From positions 320,001 through 384,000 of the forward strand of contig CAVTRY010000011.1 of assembly GCA_963737265.1 (NCBI GenBank): DNA of 64,000 bases, given 5' to 3'. The notes under the pieces were generated by a model. It was given only the letters and a program-made list of their open reading frames with translations, had not been told where the DNA came from and did not search any database. Source of the DNA: an uncultured delta proteobacterium. GTDB taxonomy: Bacteria > Myxococcota_A > Polyangia > Fen-1088. This document shows positions 20,140 through 31,600 of this stretch, piece after piece (positions within the stretch are counted from its first letter, which is position 1; the number at the start of each line of letters is the position of its first letter). The translations under genes were made by a program, and so were the position numbers.

Positions 20140-21801
20140 TCACAGGTCCGTCAGGGCCCGGAACACCATCTGAATCGAGATCGACCCCTCGCCGACGGCC
20201 GAGGCGACGCGCTTGACATTCCCCGAGCGCGCGTCGCCCACCGCGAACACCCCCGGGATCGTCGTCTCGAGGAGATAGGGGGCGCGCGCAAGCGGCCAGT
20301 GACCGTCGGTCAGATCGTCCGCGTTCAAATCGACCCCGGTTTTGATGAAGCCATGATCGTCGAGGCGCACGCAGCCCTTCAGCCAATCGGTGTGCGGGTC
20401 GGCGCCGGTCATCATGAAGACGTGCCGGACGGGCAGCGTGTCCGTCTTCCCGCTGGTGAGCTCGCGGCAGCGGACCCTGTCCAGCCATTCCGTCCCTTCC
20501 AGCGCATCGATCTGGGTGCGCGCCCTCAGCATCACGTTCGGGCTGTCGGCGATGCGCTGGATGAGGTAGCGCGACATGCTGCTCGCCAGGCCCTCGCCCC
20601 GCACCAGGATCTGCACGCGCGAGGCGATTTGCGACAGAAATACGGCGGCCTGCCCGGCGGAGTTTCCTCCTCCCACGACAGCCACCTCTTCCCTCTCGCA
20701 CATCTGCGCCTCCAGATGCGTGGCGCTGTAAAACACGCCGTTGCCCTCGAAGCGGGGCAATTCCGGTAGGTCCGGCTTGCGGTAGTGGGCTCCGGTTGCG
20801 ATGATCAAGGCGCGCGTCAGCACCACCTCGCCATTCTCAAGGATGACCTTGTAGGGTCGGCTGTCGCAGTCGAGGCGCACCGCACGTCGCGCGATGGCCA
20901 CCTCGGCGCCGAACTTTTCGGCCTGGGTCAAGGCGCGACCGGCCAGCGCTTGTCCAGAGATCCCGGTAGGAAATCCCAGGTAATTCTCGATGCGCGAGCT
21001 GGTGCCAGCCTGCCCGCCCGGGGCCGTCCCTTCCAGCACCAGCACGTCCAGCCCCTCCGAGGCCGCGTACACGGCGGCGGCCAGCCCGGCCGGGCCCGCC
21101 CCCACCACCACCACGTCTCGCACCATTTTCGGGTCGAGATCCAGGCTGAGCCCCAGCTCCGCCGCCAGGGAGTCGACCGACGGATTCTTGAACACGCGAC
21201 CGCCCGCACACACCACCACCGGCACCTCGGCCACGCCGATCTGAAAACGATCCAGCAGCGCCTGTACGCTGGGGTCGGTCTCGACGTCCTGATAGGTGAA
21301 CGGTTGGCCGTTGCGTACGAGGAACTCGCGCAGCTTGAGCGTGCCGGCCGAGTGGCGCGACCCGAGCAGGACCAGTCCTCCGCCACCCTGCGAGATCAGG
21401 GCGACCCGCCGCAGGATGAACGCACGCATCAGGATCTCGCTCAGCTCCGAGTCCCGCTGCACCAGCGCGCGCAGATGCTCCCGATCGACGACAACCACCT
21501 CGCCGTCCTCGACCACGCGGCCCTGCACCAAGCTGCGCCGGCCCGACAGCATGTTGATCTCTCCGGTGAATTGCCCCGGCCCGTGCAAGACGACCCGTTC
21601 GAAGCCTTCGCCGACCGGGCGCAATATCTCGACGGCCCCACTGACGACAACGTAGAACCACGTCTCGCGATCCCCAACCTCGAACAGGATCTCACCCGCT
21701 TTGACGTTTTGTCGCTTCCCGATAGCGCAGACACGGCCGATCTGCGCCTCGCTCAACTCGGGAAACATCTGCTCGCGGCGGCTCTCGTACGGATCAGACA
21801 T
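20140..21801 (-). CDS. cNMP-binding-domain thioredoxin-reductase-like FAD oxidoreductase
   Basis: N-terminal cNMP fold (GQFTGE), GAGPAGL, SSRIENYLGFPTGISG, GGGNSAGQ, GVFAVGD and KRVASAVGEG. Confidence 0.9.
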   Translation of the reverse strand: MSDPYESRREQMFPELSEAQIGRVCAIGKRQNVKAGEILFEVGDRETWFYVVVSGAVEILRPVGEGFERVVLHGPGQFTGEINMLSGRRSLVQGRVVEDGEVVVVDREHLRALVQRDSELSEILMRAFILRRVALISQGGGGLVLLGSRHSAGTLKLREFLVRNGQPFTYQDVETDPSVQALLDRFQIGVAEVPVVVCAGGRVFKNPSVDSLAAELGLSLDLDPKMVRDVVVVGAGPAGLAAAVYAASEGLDVLVLEGTAPGGQAGTSSRIENYLGFPTGISGQALAGRALTQAEKFGAEVAIARRAVRLDCDSRPYKVILENGEVVLTRALIIATGAHYRKPDLPELPRFEGNGVFYSATHLEAQMCEREEVAVVGGGNSAGQAAVFLSQIASRVQILVRGEGLASSMSRYLIQRIADSPNVMLRARTQIDALEGTEWLDRVRCRELTSGKTDTLPVRHVFMMTGADPHTDWLKGCVRLDDHGFIKTGVDLNADDLTDGHWPLARAPYLLETTIPGVFAVGDARSGNVKRVASAVGEGSISIQMVFRALTDL

Positions 21802-21930
21802 TTGACTAGGATGCCGGAAGGAGGTGATTGGGAACTCGGGAACAACCCCCCGGTCGACGGCCAATCGTGCTCTGTCGCCCAGCTCAACCTGACTTACGCA
21901 GCCCTCTGAACATGCAAGGGTTTTTGATTG

Positions 21931-22003
21931 AGCGCGAGACGGGGCTCGGACCCGCGACCCTCGGCTTGGGAAGCCGATGCTCTACCAACTGAGCTACTCG
22001 CGC
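21931..22003 (-). tRNA. tRNA-Gly(CCC)
   Basis: GCGCGAGTAGCTCAGTTGGTAGAGCATCGGCTTCCCAAGCCGAGGGTCGCGGGTCCGAGCCCCGTCTCGCGCT folds as a cloverleaf with anticodon CCC and U73. The T-loop reads TCCGA instead of TTCGA, and CCA is not encoded. Confidence 0.92.
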
Positions 22004-22400
22004 ATTCTCTTTTTATTTTGGATACTTAGGCTTGCTTCTGCGAAGCGCCATCCTACTGCGTTCTGCCTATTCTCTGCCCAAGTGTACCGGGAGCGTCGCG
22101 AAGAGATAGCACAACCGCTGCCGGTTTGGAAAGATCTACGCTGACCAGATCGCGAGCTTCACGATGCACAGACCCCTCGTGGTCATCAGCAGCTCACCAC
22201 TTGTCCAACCTGACATGGGCGTTGGCGGAATCATCGGCCGGTAACGTCTCAGCGATGGTGGCCACACCGAGAATCGTGACCTTGGCCTTGGGCATGGTGG
22301 ACACGAGGATAGGCACCGGCGGGCGCGCGGTTCAAGTAACTCGCCCAAGTTTTTCCGGTGGGGATGATTGGTCGTCGTCTGAAACGGTCCAGTCGCGGAA

Positions 22401-24503
22401 TCACCCCTCCGAAATCACCGTCAACCTCTCCGCCAGGTACTCATTGAGCAGCCGATCCGGCAAGCACGGCTCGAATTTGCTGAGTGTCCCTCGAGCACAA
22501 AACGCTGCGAACTGGAGCGCATCGGCCTCATTCGGTCGGCCAGCCACGCGTAGTCCGTCCAGCCCTTGCTTGATGGCAACCTCGCTCTTGCCCGCGTCCT
22601 CGCTGAACGAAACGTAGATGTTGTTGTTCGTGATCTTGGCGCCAAGGATGCTTTGAAGGGTCTTGGCGAGTAGGTTATTGCTCTTGCCACCGGCGAATGT
22701 CCACAGGCGGTAACCGCTGGGACTCTGCTCGAGCGTTTCCCCCTCAGTCTGCAGGAAGGCGTGTTGCTCACGCAGCTCCGTCATCTTTTGGCGGGCGCGC
22801 TTGGACCAGTGCTCGGGCTCATCGGTGCTGGTCAAGATGGCGAGCATGGACTGGCACAGGTCACGACCAAGGAGAACGGGTTGGCCTTGCCAGCGGGGCA
22901 GGCCGGCGTGCTCGATGGGCACGACGTGAATGATGGCCTTGGGCCAATCGACGTGGGTGGCACGCCACATCCGCGCGGCGAGGGTGAAGGTGAGGTGCTC
23001 GAGGTCTTCTGCGTGCGCGAAATAGGCGTCGATCTGGCCGACGGCTTCTGGGCCGTGCATCACTGTCAGCATGGTCGGGGTCGAGAAGACGGCGTAGAGG
23101 TCAGCGAAGTGTTTTGCCCCGTAGAGGCGACGGCCACGCTCGCCCAGGCTGTAGCGACCGTCGGCGAGAAGAATGATGTCTTCGGCGAGCATGTGCCGAA
23201 CCATCTCGTCGCGATCTGCGGGGCTGATGCCGGAGAACGGCGTGGCGGGCGAAACCCAGGCCCACCAGTCGCTGGCGGGGATGCCGGCTTCTTGCTGACT
23301 CAAGGCCATGATCTGGTGGGCCAGGAGGTGGGTGGCCTTGGTCTTGAGTGGAATGCTCTCGATGTAGCGTTGCTCGTGCAGGCGAATGAGGGCGGCGGCC
23401 TGCACCAGCATCTCGTCTTTGGTGGCCAGGAAGGTGCAGTTGGGGAAGGTTTCGGCGCGGCGGCCGGTTCGACCCATCCTTTGCAGGAACGAGGCGACCG
23501 TGGCTGGGGCGTCGATTTGGATGACCCGGTCCAGGTCGCCGATGTCGATGCCCAGTTCGAGCGCGCTGGTCGCGACGATCACGCAGTTCTGGCCTTGCTC
23601 GAAGGCTTGCTCGGCCATGGCTCGTTGCTCGCGCGACAGCGACGAATGCGTGACGAAGGCGTCGATGCCCTTGGCGCGAAGTTCTTTTCCCAGGGCCTCG
23701 ACGCGCCTGCGGGAATCGACGAACACGAGGCGCTTCTCCCCCGGATGGAGGCTAGCGATGACCGTGGCCGCGTTCTCCAGGCTCCCAACGTAGTCGAGCG
23801 AGAGAGTAGCGGGCTTCGAGGCGCCAACTGGGGGCAGGACACGTCCGGGGCGCTTCGAGCTGCCGCGCAACCATTTGGAAATGTCTTCGGGGTTGCCTAC
23901 GGTGGCCGAGAGTCCGATGCGCTGGACGTCCTGGCCGCAGAAGCGCGAAAGACGTTCGAGCACCGATGAAAGGTGTCCCCCGCGATCGTCGCCAACGAAG
24001 GCATGGATCTCGTCCACGACCACAGCGCGAAGGCCGTGAAAAAGGCGGCGCGCTGGAACGTGGGCGCTCATCAGCATGACTTCCAGGGATTCCGGCGTGG
24101 TCAGCAGAATGTCGGTTGGGTCGGCGAGAAAGCGTTTGCGGGCCGAAGGGCCAACGTTGCCGTGCCACTTGAAAGCACGACGGCCAATCATCCCGGCGTA
24201 GCGCTGCAACCGCTCTTCCTGGTTGTTGAGCAGGGCCACGATCGGCGCGACGTAGATGACCGAAACGGGCTTCCAGTCCTCGCGGTCCATCTGCGAGAGC
24301 AGGGGAAAGAACGCGGCCTCGGTTTTTCCGCCTGCGGTTGGTGCCAGGATCACGCAGTTGTCGCCGTCCACGATGGGGCCGATTGCGTTGAGCTGGACGG
24401 GGCGGAGCGCGGGCCAGCGCAGTCCATTCACGATCTGGTACTGGATGGCCGGGCTCAGCCGTTCCCAAGGCTCAACTGCGTCCGTTTCCCCCTCGGCGCT
24501 CAC
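22401..24503 (-). CDS. brxHI: BREX Lhr-like DEAH helicase BrxHI
   Basis: APTAGGKT, TTPESLE, DEIH, SAT, TSALELGID and QRMGRTGR; translationally coupled to brxD (GTGA). Confidence 0.85.
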   Translation of the reverse strand: MSAEGETDAVEPWERLSPAIQYQIVNGLRWPALRPVQLNAIGPIVDGDNCVILAPTAGGKTEAAFFPLLSQMDREDWKPVSVIYVAPIVALLNNQEERLQRYAGMIGRRAFKWHGNVGPSARKRFLADPTDILLTTPESLEVMLMSAHVPARRLFHGLRAVVVDEIHAFVGDDRGGHLSSVLERLSRFCGQDVQRIGLSATVGNPEDISKWLRGSSKRPGRVLPPVGASKPATLSLDYVGSLENAATVIASLHPGEKRLVFVDSRRRVEALGKELRAKGIDAFVTHSSLSREQRAMAEQAFEQGQNCVIVATSALELGIDIGDLDRVIQIDAPATVASFLQRMGRTGRRAETFPNCTFLATKDEMLVQAAALIRLHEQRYIESIPLKTKATHLLAHQIMALSQQEAGIPASDWWAWVSPATPFSGISPADRDEMVRHMLAEDIILLADGRYSLGERGRRLYGAKHFADLYAVFSTPTMLTVMHGPEAVGQIDAYFAHAEDLEHLTFTLAARMWRATHVDWPKAIIHVVPIEHAGLPRWQGQPVLLGRDLCQSMLAILTSTDEPEHWSKRARQKMTELREQHAFLQTEGETLEQSPSGYRLWTFAGGKSNNLLAKTLQSILGAKITNNNIYVSFSEDAGKSEVAIKQGLDGLRVAGRPNEADALQFAAFCARGTLSKFEPCLPDRLLNEYLAERLTVISEG

Positions 24504-25846
24504 GTCTTTGGTTCCTCGCCTTCTTTCTTCAGCTCGATCTCGATGTCGTCCACCGTGCGCTCGATTCCGGCGGCTTGGCGTTCGTCCGCGTTCAGTTCGG
24601 CGGGCTGCAGGTCCAGCTTGTAGTGTTTGACCGGGTCGAACTCGGGGTGTTCGTCCACCTGATCCATCACCTGGACCAGCTTGCGCAAGAAGATGCGTGG
24701 GGCGACTCCGATCTTGCCGCCCAGTTTGCCGGCGACCTGTTTGGCCAGCGCACGGACGAAATCGTCGCTGATCTGCGTAGTCAGACGCTGGGGATCGTCG
24801 GCATCGTAGATGTCGCGGACGCGCTTACCGGCCTCGACCAAGCGCTCTTCATCGAAGGGCAGCAACCGAATCTGAACTGCGCGGGCGCTGTCGAACTTTG
24901 GGTCTGCGGCGAAGTCGACGTGCAGGCGCTGTTCGAGCGCCGGGGCTTTTCTCACACCCGACGGCCCTTCGTAGAAGGCGGGCGTGCCGGTGATCATCAG
25001 ATACAGACCTGGGTATCGGCCCTTGTCGATTTCGTCGATGAGCTGCCTGAGGGCGTTGAGACTCTTCTCCCTTGTGTCGGCACGGACGCGCTGGATGGTC
25101 TCGACCTCGTCCAGAACCAGGAAAAGGCCCTTGCGCCCGGTCTGCTTCAGAACCTCGAGCAAACCGCGCAGGAAGGCGCCAGCGGCGAAATGGTCCAGCT
25201 CGCCCTTGATGCCAGCGCTGCGCTTGATGTCGGCCCCAACGTTGGGCTGCCCCATGAGCCAGCCAAGTAGGCCCTCGGCTGTGGCAGCATCCTGGGCGAC
25301 TCGTGCCGTGTGGCAGGTGCGCAGGACTGCGGAAAACTGCGGGTTGATGGCGGACACCTCGGTCAGGCGGCCTTCAAGTAGCTCGCCAACAGCGTCGGCT
25401 AGCACTTGGTCGTCGCCCGAGAATCCGGGGCGCGAGCGAACTTCTTCCTCAAGGGAATACAGCCACCTGTCCACCAAAGCTCGGAAAGCACCATCGGCCC
25501 ACTCCTTCGTGGCGAGGCTCTCGACGGCACGCCGGTAGACCTTCTCCATGTGGTGCAGGGGAGTTTCGGTCTCGGAGATCTGGACCTCGGCGGTGGCGAA
25601 TCCCTGCTGCTGCGCCATGTGGCGGACCCAACGGGCGAAGAACGTCTTGCCGGTGCCGTAGTCGCCGCGAACGGCCTTGAAGCCACCGCCGCCCATCGCG
25701 ACGTCGGCAAGCTCGCGCTCCAGCGTCTTGGCGAATCGATCGAGTCCGACGGCGTAGTGTTCGAGCCCCCGGCTTGGCACGGTGCCGTGGCGAAGGGCCG
25801 CCATGAGTTCTCTGCGCCGCGGTTTGGGGATGCGATTTGGGTCCAC
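24500..25846 (-). CDS. brxD: BREX ATP-binding protein BrxD
   Basis: ALRHGTVP..GL, RGDYGTGKT, VQISETETPLH, LVLDEVET and ITGTPAFY; GTG start after GGAGG, 2 bp downstream of the pglZ stop. Confidence 0.88.
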   Translation of the reverse strand: MDPNRIPKPRRRELMAALRHGTVPSRGLEHYAVGLDRFAKTLERELADVAMGGGGFKAVRGDYGTGKTFFARWVRHMAQQQGFATAEVQISETETPLHHMEKVYRRAVESLATKEWADGAFRALVDRWLYSLEEEVRSRPGFSGDDQVLADAVGELLEGRLTEVSAINPQFSAVLRTCHTARVAQDAATAEGLLGWLMGQPNVGADIKRSAGIKGELDHFAAGAFLRGLLEVLKQTGRKGLFLVLDEVETIQRVRADTREKSLNALRQLIDEIDKGRYPGLYLMITGTPAFYEGPSGVRKAPALEQRLHVDFAADPKFDSARAVQIRLLPFDEERLVEAGKRVRDIYDADDPQRLTTQISDDFVRALAKQVAGKLGGKIGVAPRIFLRKLVQVMDQVDEHPEFDPVKHYKLDLQPAELNADERQAAGIERTVDDIEIELKKEGEEPKT

Positions 25847-25848
25847 CG

Positions 25849-28682
25849 CTAGCCTCCGAAGAACTGATTCAAGAGATCCATGTCCAGGCGGACCTGTTTG
25901 CCATTCACGTCGTGCACGACAACCTGATACCCGTCTTCGTTCAGAAATTCTGCCATCAGCGCCACGCGACCGCCGACGTTTCGCAGTGCCTCGCCAAGCC
26001 GCCCGGCAAAAACGTCCTCGGCCACGCGGCCATTGTATTCGACCAAAAGCTCGACCGCGGGGATTACGCGCTTGGTGAGTTCCAGCTTGCGAGGCTTTTC
26101 GAGATCGGCAAAGACCTCGCCAAGGCGCATCGCCCACTTGGAAATCGTGGCGACGGGAACCGCAGGTGGTGGTACCGGTTCCGGCGCGACGGATGGCAGG
26201 ACCAGCTGCGAAGTGGCGACCGGAGTCTTGGGTTTGGGCCCCTTGGCGGGCATCTTGTCTTGCGCCGGCGATACCATCTGCTTCTCGACGGGCACGCTGA
26301 GGTGCCACCATGCTGGGACCGGGTAGGCGACGACGTCCAAGGCTTCGCCCTCTTCACCAGCGATGGCGCTCAGATCTTGTGAACCGATCATCAACACTGG
26401 CGTCACGACCTCGGCCAGGCTTGCGCCACCGTGCTCGCCCACGTGGCGCTGACTGACGTACCGATCGGTCTCGGCGAAAAGTGCGGCAAGTCGCTTGGAC
26501 TTGCGGCTGACATAAGCATTGGGCCCCGAGAAAACGACCTCGTGGTCGTTTGCGGGCGCGCCTTCGTCCAGCTCGCGAAAGCGCGGGTTCTCGGTCTTTC
26601 CAGCGCTCACGCTGGTGTGCGGACGCGCGCTGGTCACGTGCCCGTGATCCGCAATCAACAGCACCGCTCGACCGGCATCGCGAGACAAAGTCAGCAGCGG
26701 TTCAAGGGCCTTGATGGTCGTGCGGTTCGCGGAGACCTGATAGCCGGGTTTGCCGGTCAGTTGGTCGTCGACGGCATTGACGACCACGCCCACCACCCGC
26801 TCGCTGCCTTCCACCAGTTTTCGCGCGATCCCGGTAAGCTCGCCGGTCAAGCTCTCGGCATCGGTTCGCAAGAGCAAGGTCGGCCCATCGCCGAATGCCT
26901 TCACGAAGGCTTTGTTCTCACGCAGGCGTTCGGGGTCACGCACGGTCAAAAGTTGTTCGCCTGGTTGCAAGAGCCTGCCGGCGAACAAGGCCGAGCGGCT
27001 AACGTCTGTCATTGTCGGCAGGGCTGCAATCATGGGTGCGGGCAGCCCAGGGCGCAGTGCCTTGGGTGGTTGCCAGCGCAGGGGTGAATAGCCGAGGTCA
27101 CGAATGTCGAGAATGATCTCGGCTGCGGTCGCCCAGGACATGCCATCCATCAGAAGGATCAGTAGGCGACGATGGTCACCTTCTTTCAGGAAGCTGACGG
27201 CCAGGTCCCCCAAAGCGTTCTCGATGGGCAAGACCCGGCCGGATCTTCGGGTCTCGTTCCACGGTACGAGGGCACGGGCAAACCTGCGGTCCATTTGGTC
27301 GCGGTAGGCATCGGCGGCATCAGCCACACGGACGATGGCTGCATCCAAGGCATCGTTGGTATCGCCGCCGCGAACCAGGCCCCGCGCGTGGTCCACGAAA
27401 CCACCTTCGCAGGCGAAGGATTCCGCCAGGCGGAACATGGTGTCCGTGGGCGGCGAGTCCTTGAGCTCGATGGCCCAGTCGGGGCGCACCGACAAATAGG
27501 CCAGCAGGCGCAGGCCCATCATTGTTCGCGCCAAGGAGGCCGCGTTCTCAGCCAAGCCGGCCAAGTGGTGGCCTGCAAGCTGGTTGTAGATTTCCGATGC
27601 CTTGGCAATCGCCGCGCGAGGCACGGTGCCCTCACCGTCATTCTTGACGCCCGCGACCGCACCTTCCAGCACGGCGGCCAGGCTGGCCTTCAGCCCTTCA
27701 AATCCCGCCGTCAGGTAGCGACTGCTGCGTAACACATCGTGTAGGGCGGGTTCGGCAACCAAGGCGTCGGCTCGCTTGAGAACGCTCGTGGCCCTATCCC
27801 CAAGTCGCAGCTTGAGGCCGGGGGCAAGTTCGAGCCCAGCGATCAACGAGCGCCTCGGGAGCCACTCCCTTCACCTCGCCGAACTCACGCAAGCGCAGGC
27901 TGAGGAAGACTTTGACCGCTCCTTCGTTCTTGCTTGCGACCAGCGCGTCCAAGACGAAGGCCATCGCCGCCACGTCCGGCGCGTTCCCCGTGCGCCAGTT
28001 GCGCCAGCACAGACTGGCGATGGGGCCCGCGGCGTTGGCCCAAAAGTCCTCCAAGGCAGCCGCCAGACCGGGAATTTCGGCCAGTAGCTTGTCTAGCAGC
28101 GGATCCGCGGCAGCCAACGGACGAAAGGCCAAGAAATCGACCACGCCGTCCTCGGTCAGCGTCTCTTCTGTCGGCAGACCGATCGTTCTGCTTAGAAAGC
28201 TGCGCCAAGCGGTCGTGAGGTCAATGGTTGTCGCGGCCTTGGCGGCGGGGAAGTTCCAGCTCGCCCGTAGCAGGGCGTTGGCCAGTGGGTTGTCGACCAG
28301 GGTAGGGGAGACCCGCTGCACGCCGAACAGGTTCCCCAGACGTCGCTCGGGGCTGATGTATTGGATCCGGCCACCGGCAAGGCGGCCGAGGATGTCCAAT
28401 GGCAGCCGCTCATCGGAGTCCACGAGGAGTGCAACGTCCCTTCGCTTGGATTCGGCATCCACCAGGGCCTGACGGATCTCCAATTCACAATGGACCGGGA
28501 CGACATCGAAGGTGCGCGGGCCATCCTTGAGCGACACCTCGACGTGGGCCAGTTCCCCTCGCCCGAAGAACGCGGTGATGAATGTTCCCCCGCGAGGATC
28601 CTTGCGATGTCTCTGGCTGTGAAATTGCGCCAGCTCAGCACGCAAGTCGTTCGAGCGACAGATAGGGAGCCTCGGTCGACAT
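25849..28682 (-). CDS. pglZ: BREX-2 PglZ phosphatase/nuclease, +1 frameshifts at ~28650 and ~27830
   Basis: LLMDGMSW, ALPTMTDVSR, ADHGH and GEHGGAS (PglZ alkaline-phosphatase fold). Removing two bases gives one 944-codon ORF starting just after the pglY stop. Confidence 0.85.
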
Positions 28683-28684
28683 TC

Positions 28685-31600
28685 CTACTTGTTTTCTCCT
28701 CGCACGATCTGCCACGACAACAACAACTCCGCATCGTCGCCCGACGTCTCAAGCGCAGTAATGGCTTCTTTGGTGACTCGGGCGACTTCCTCCACCGCGC
28801 CGCCACGACGAATAGCTTTCGATCGCCCCTGCTTGACGACGGGCCCGGCCGGCACAACACCCGGCGTTTGCCCTCCGTCGGGCGTTCGGTGATGCAACAG
28901 CTTTTGCGCGCGCAACGCGCACTCTTGCAGCCCGGCCACCAAGGGTTGGTTCAACTCGTCGGCAGTGAGGATTCGATGGACATCCGTCAAAATCCCCCTC
29001 GCGACATCACCTTCAACCTCGGCCAGGGCCAGGAAGTTGTTGAACAGAAGGTCGCTCTTGAGGAAATCGAGAACCGCCACCGCATTCTTAATGTGCCGTT
29101 GCATGGCTTGCAGTGATGTGCGCACCCCGACCTGGGCAAGACCACTCACCTGGCTAACCGGATCCGGCGTCGCCACGACCGCCAGAAGATTCGCCACTGC
29201 CTCCGCGGTCTGCAGTCGCGCGTTCCCCTGCGGTAGGACGGGCACCTGGGCTACGCGTCGTCCAAGGTTCTCCGCGATCAGGTGGGCATTGTCCGCCTGT
29301 GCCCGCTGCACGGCCTGGGTCAGCTTGTTCGAGAACAAGCGCAGATTATTGACGTTCAAAGCCTTGCTGATCGCGATGCCAAACAGCGTTCCGGCTCGGT
29401 CGACCGCCTCGTTCCACTCGGTCTGCGAGGGCAACGGCGTCTGCACCAGCTCCCACTCCGAGCCGAACTTGCCCAGCTTGATTTCCACTGCGGGCCGACC
29501 GTCGCGCAAAATCTCGCGATGGCTGACCAAGGCGTAGCAGCGCACCATGAAGTCCGCGACCTCGGGCAGCAACCCTCGAGCGCCCACAGGATCCAGACAA
29601 TGCTTCACCTGGCGCACCGTGGGCGTGTCGATGCCTTCTGCGCGCAGTTGCTGGTCGATTTCCTGCTGAAAGATCGGACGCAGGCGCACCATGGCCTCGG
29701 ACAGCTCGACGATGTTCAATTGGTAGGTGACGGCGTAGTCCTCCAAGTCGCCGCGGCTGACCGGCAGGCGCTGCTCCACCTCGCCGCACAGGCGTTCGAA
29801 CGCTTCGAAGGATTTTTCCAGGCGTCCCACGCTCACCGGCTTGTCGGCGGGCTCGAAATATGGATGGCGCGGGTAGCGCGATTCCATCAATTCGCCCACC
29901 GCGGACTGCACTGCGCGCGAGAAATCGGTCTGCGCCGGCGTGCGCAGCTGGCAGTTGGGATAAAGCGAGAAAAAGTGCTTCTCGATAGTGCGCGACTCGT
30001 CCAGGTCGGAGAGGCCACCGTCCGCTGATTGCAGTCCGTAGGCGACAGCCAGCGCCTTGCGCACCAGGGCCCGCTTCTGGTTGCGTAGGTGATCGAGCGC
30101 GGTGCGCGCCCGCTGCTGCTCGTCGGGGCGCATGCTGCCCATGTGGTGCTTGTAGTTGTCGCCCTCCATGATCCGGTCGATGATCACCAGCTCGCCCAGG
30201 GCGCGCTGAACCTTCTCGCCGAAGAAACTCGGGATCCAAACGATAACCGGTGAATTGCGCCCCTCCTCCAGCAGGCTGGCGATGCGGGCGTCGTCCTCGT
30301 CCGGACCGTGCCCAGCCTGATCGAAGGGGTAGTCCACGACCAGGCGAAAATCGTGGTCGCGCGGCACCTGGAACATGACCGGGTCAAGCTCGCGGACATT
30401 GCCATACACAACCAATCCGACGCGCTTCGAGCCACGCCAGGTGACCTTGTGTTCGATCTCGCTGCCGGTCCCTTCCAACTCGAGCGCGAGGTAGAGGATC
30501 TCTTGCAGCTTCGCCTTCCGGGCGCCCTCGGTGTTGAAGCTGCGGGCGTCCTCGATGATCTTGGTGGTATCGATGTCGTCCAAGACCAACGACACCGTGG
30601 GATCGCCGCCATCCCCCACGCGCAGGTTGTGGACCGCCGCGGCCCATTCGCGCAGAAGGCTGGCGACCTTTTGGCTTTCGGCGCCGGGAACGATTGTCTT
30701 CACGGTGCCGTGGTTCAGTTGCACCAGTCGCGACACCGTCAGATCGCGCAAGGACTTCACCTTGGGCACCAGCGCCGCCAGGATCAGCGTCTTGATCAGA
30801 CGTTGGTCGGCACGTTCATCACCGCTGCCATGGGCGCGCAGCACCGGTAGCAGATCGAACTCGAACACGCGCTTGGCCTGGCGGAACAGGGCGCGGTGGG
30901 TGCCGTCCATGGGCTCTTCACCGGCGGCCAGGACATCGTACAGCTCGCCCACTGGAACCACCTGTCCCAGCTGGAAATCGGGCATGTGCTCGGGGATGTG
31001 CTCGACCAGCAGCTCCATCAGCACCTTCAGGGCCGTGCGCTCGCGCTGAAGCAAATGCGACAGGGCGATCAGCGTCTCGACCAGCACGGGCGAGAAGGGA
31101 TAAACCTTGCGGAAGGCCGTCTCGCTGCCTTCGCTGCCCAGGAGCGTGCCGAACTGGTTGTTGGACAGCCCGGCGCGCAGCTTGGCGAACGCCTGGTCCA
31201 AGATCTGGCGCGCCTCGGGCGATTTCGGGCACACCACGCGCTTCTCGATAATCTCGGGCAGGTTCTTGGTCGCCCAGCTCGATGGTGTTGAAACGTCCCT
31301 TCCAGTAGTCCAGGGCCTGGCGCAGGCTCTCGTGCTCGGGACCGATGAATTCTTCCCCGACCATGTCGGCGATGTCGCGCTGGCGGGCGACGAAGCTGAC
31401 GATGGGTGCGCCGCCGGCCTGGGTTTGCCGTTCGACCAACTTGCTCAGTTTGGGCACCTCGCGGGTCAGGCGCGCCTTGTCGGCCGCGATGCTGGCCAGC
31501 CACAGGACCAGCTCGTCCAGGAACAGGACCACGGCGTCAACCTTCAGGTGGTCCTGGGCGTGGCGACACATGGCCGACAGTCCTTCATCGAAGCTGACAA

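Noticed and set aside
22100-22400. Small ORFs between the tRNA and brxHI (e.g. MPKAKVTILG..., 33 aa)
   Set aside because: Too short, with no RBS or family evidence.
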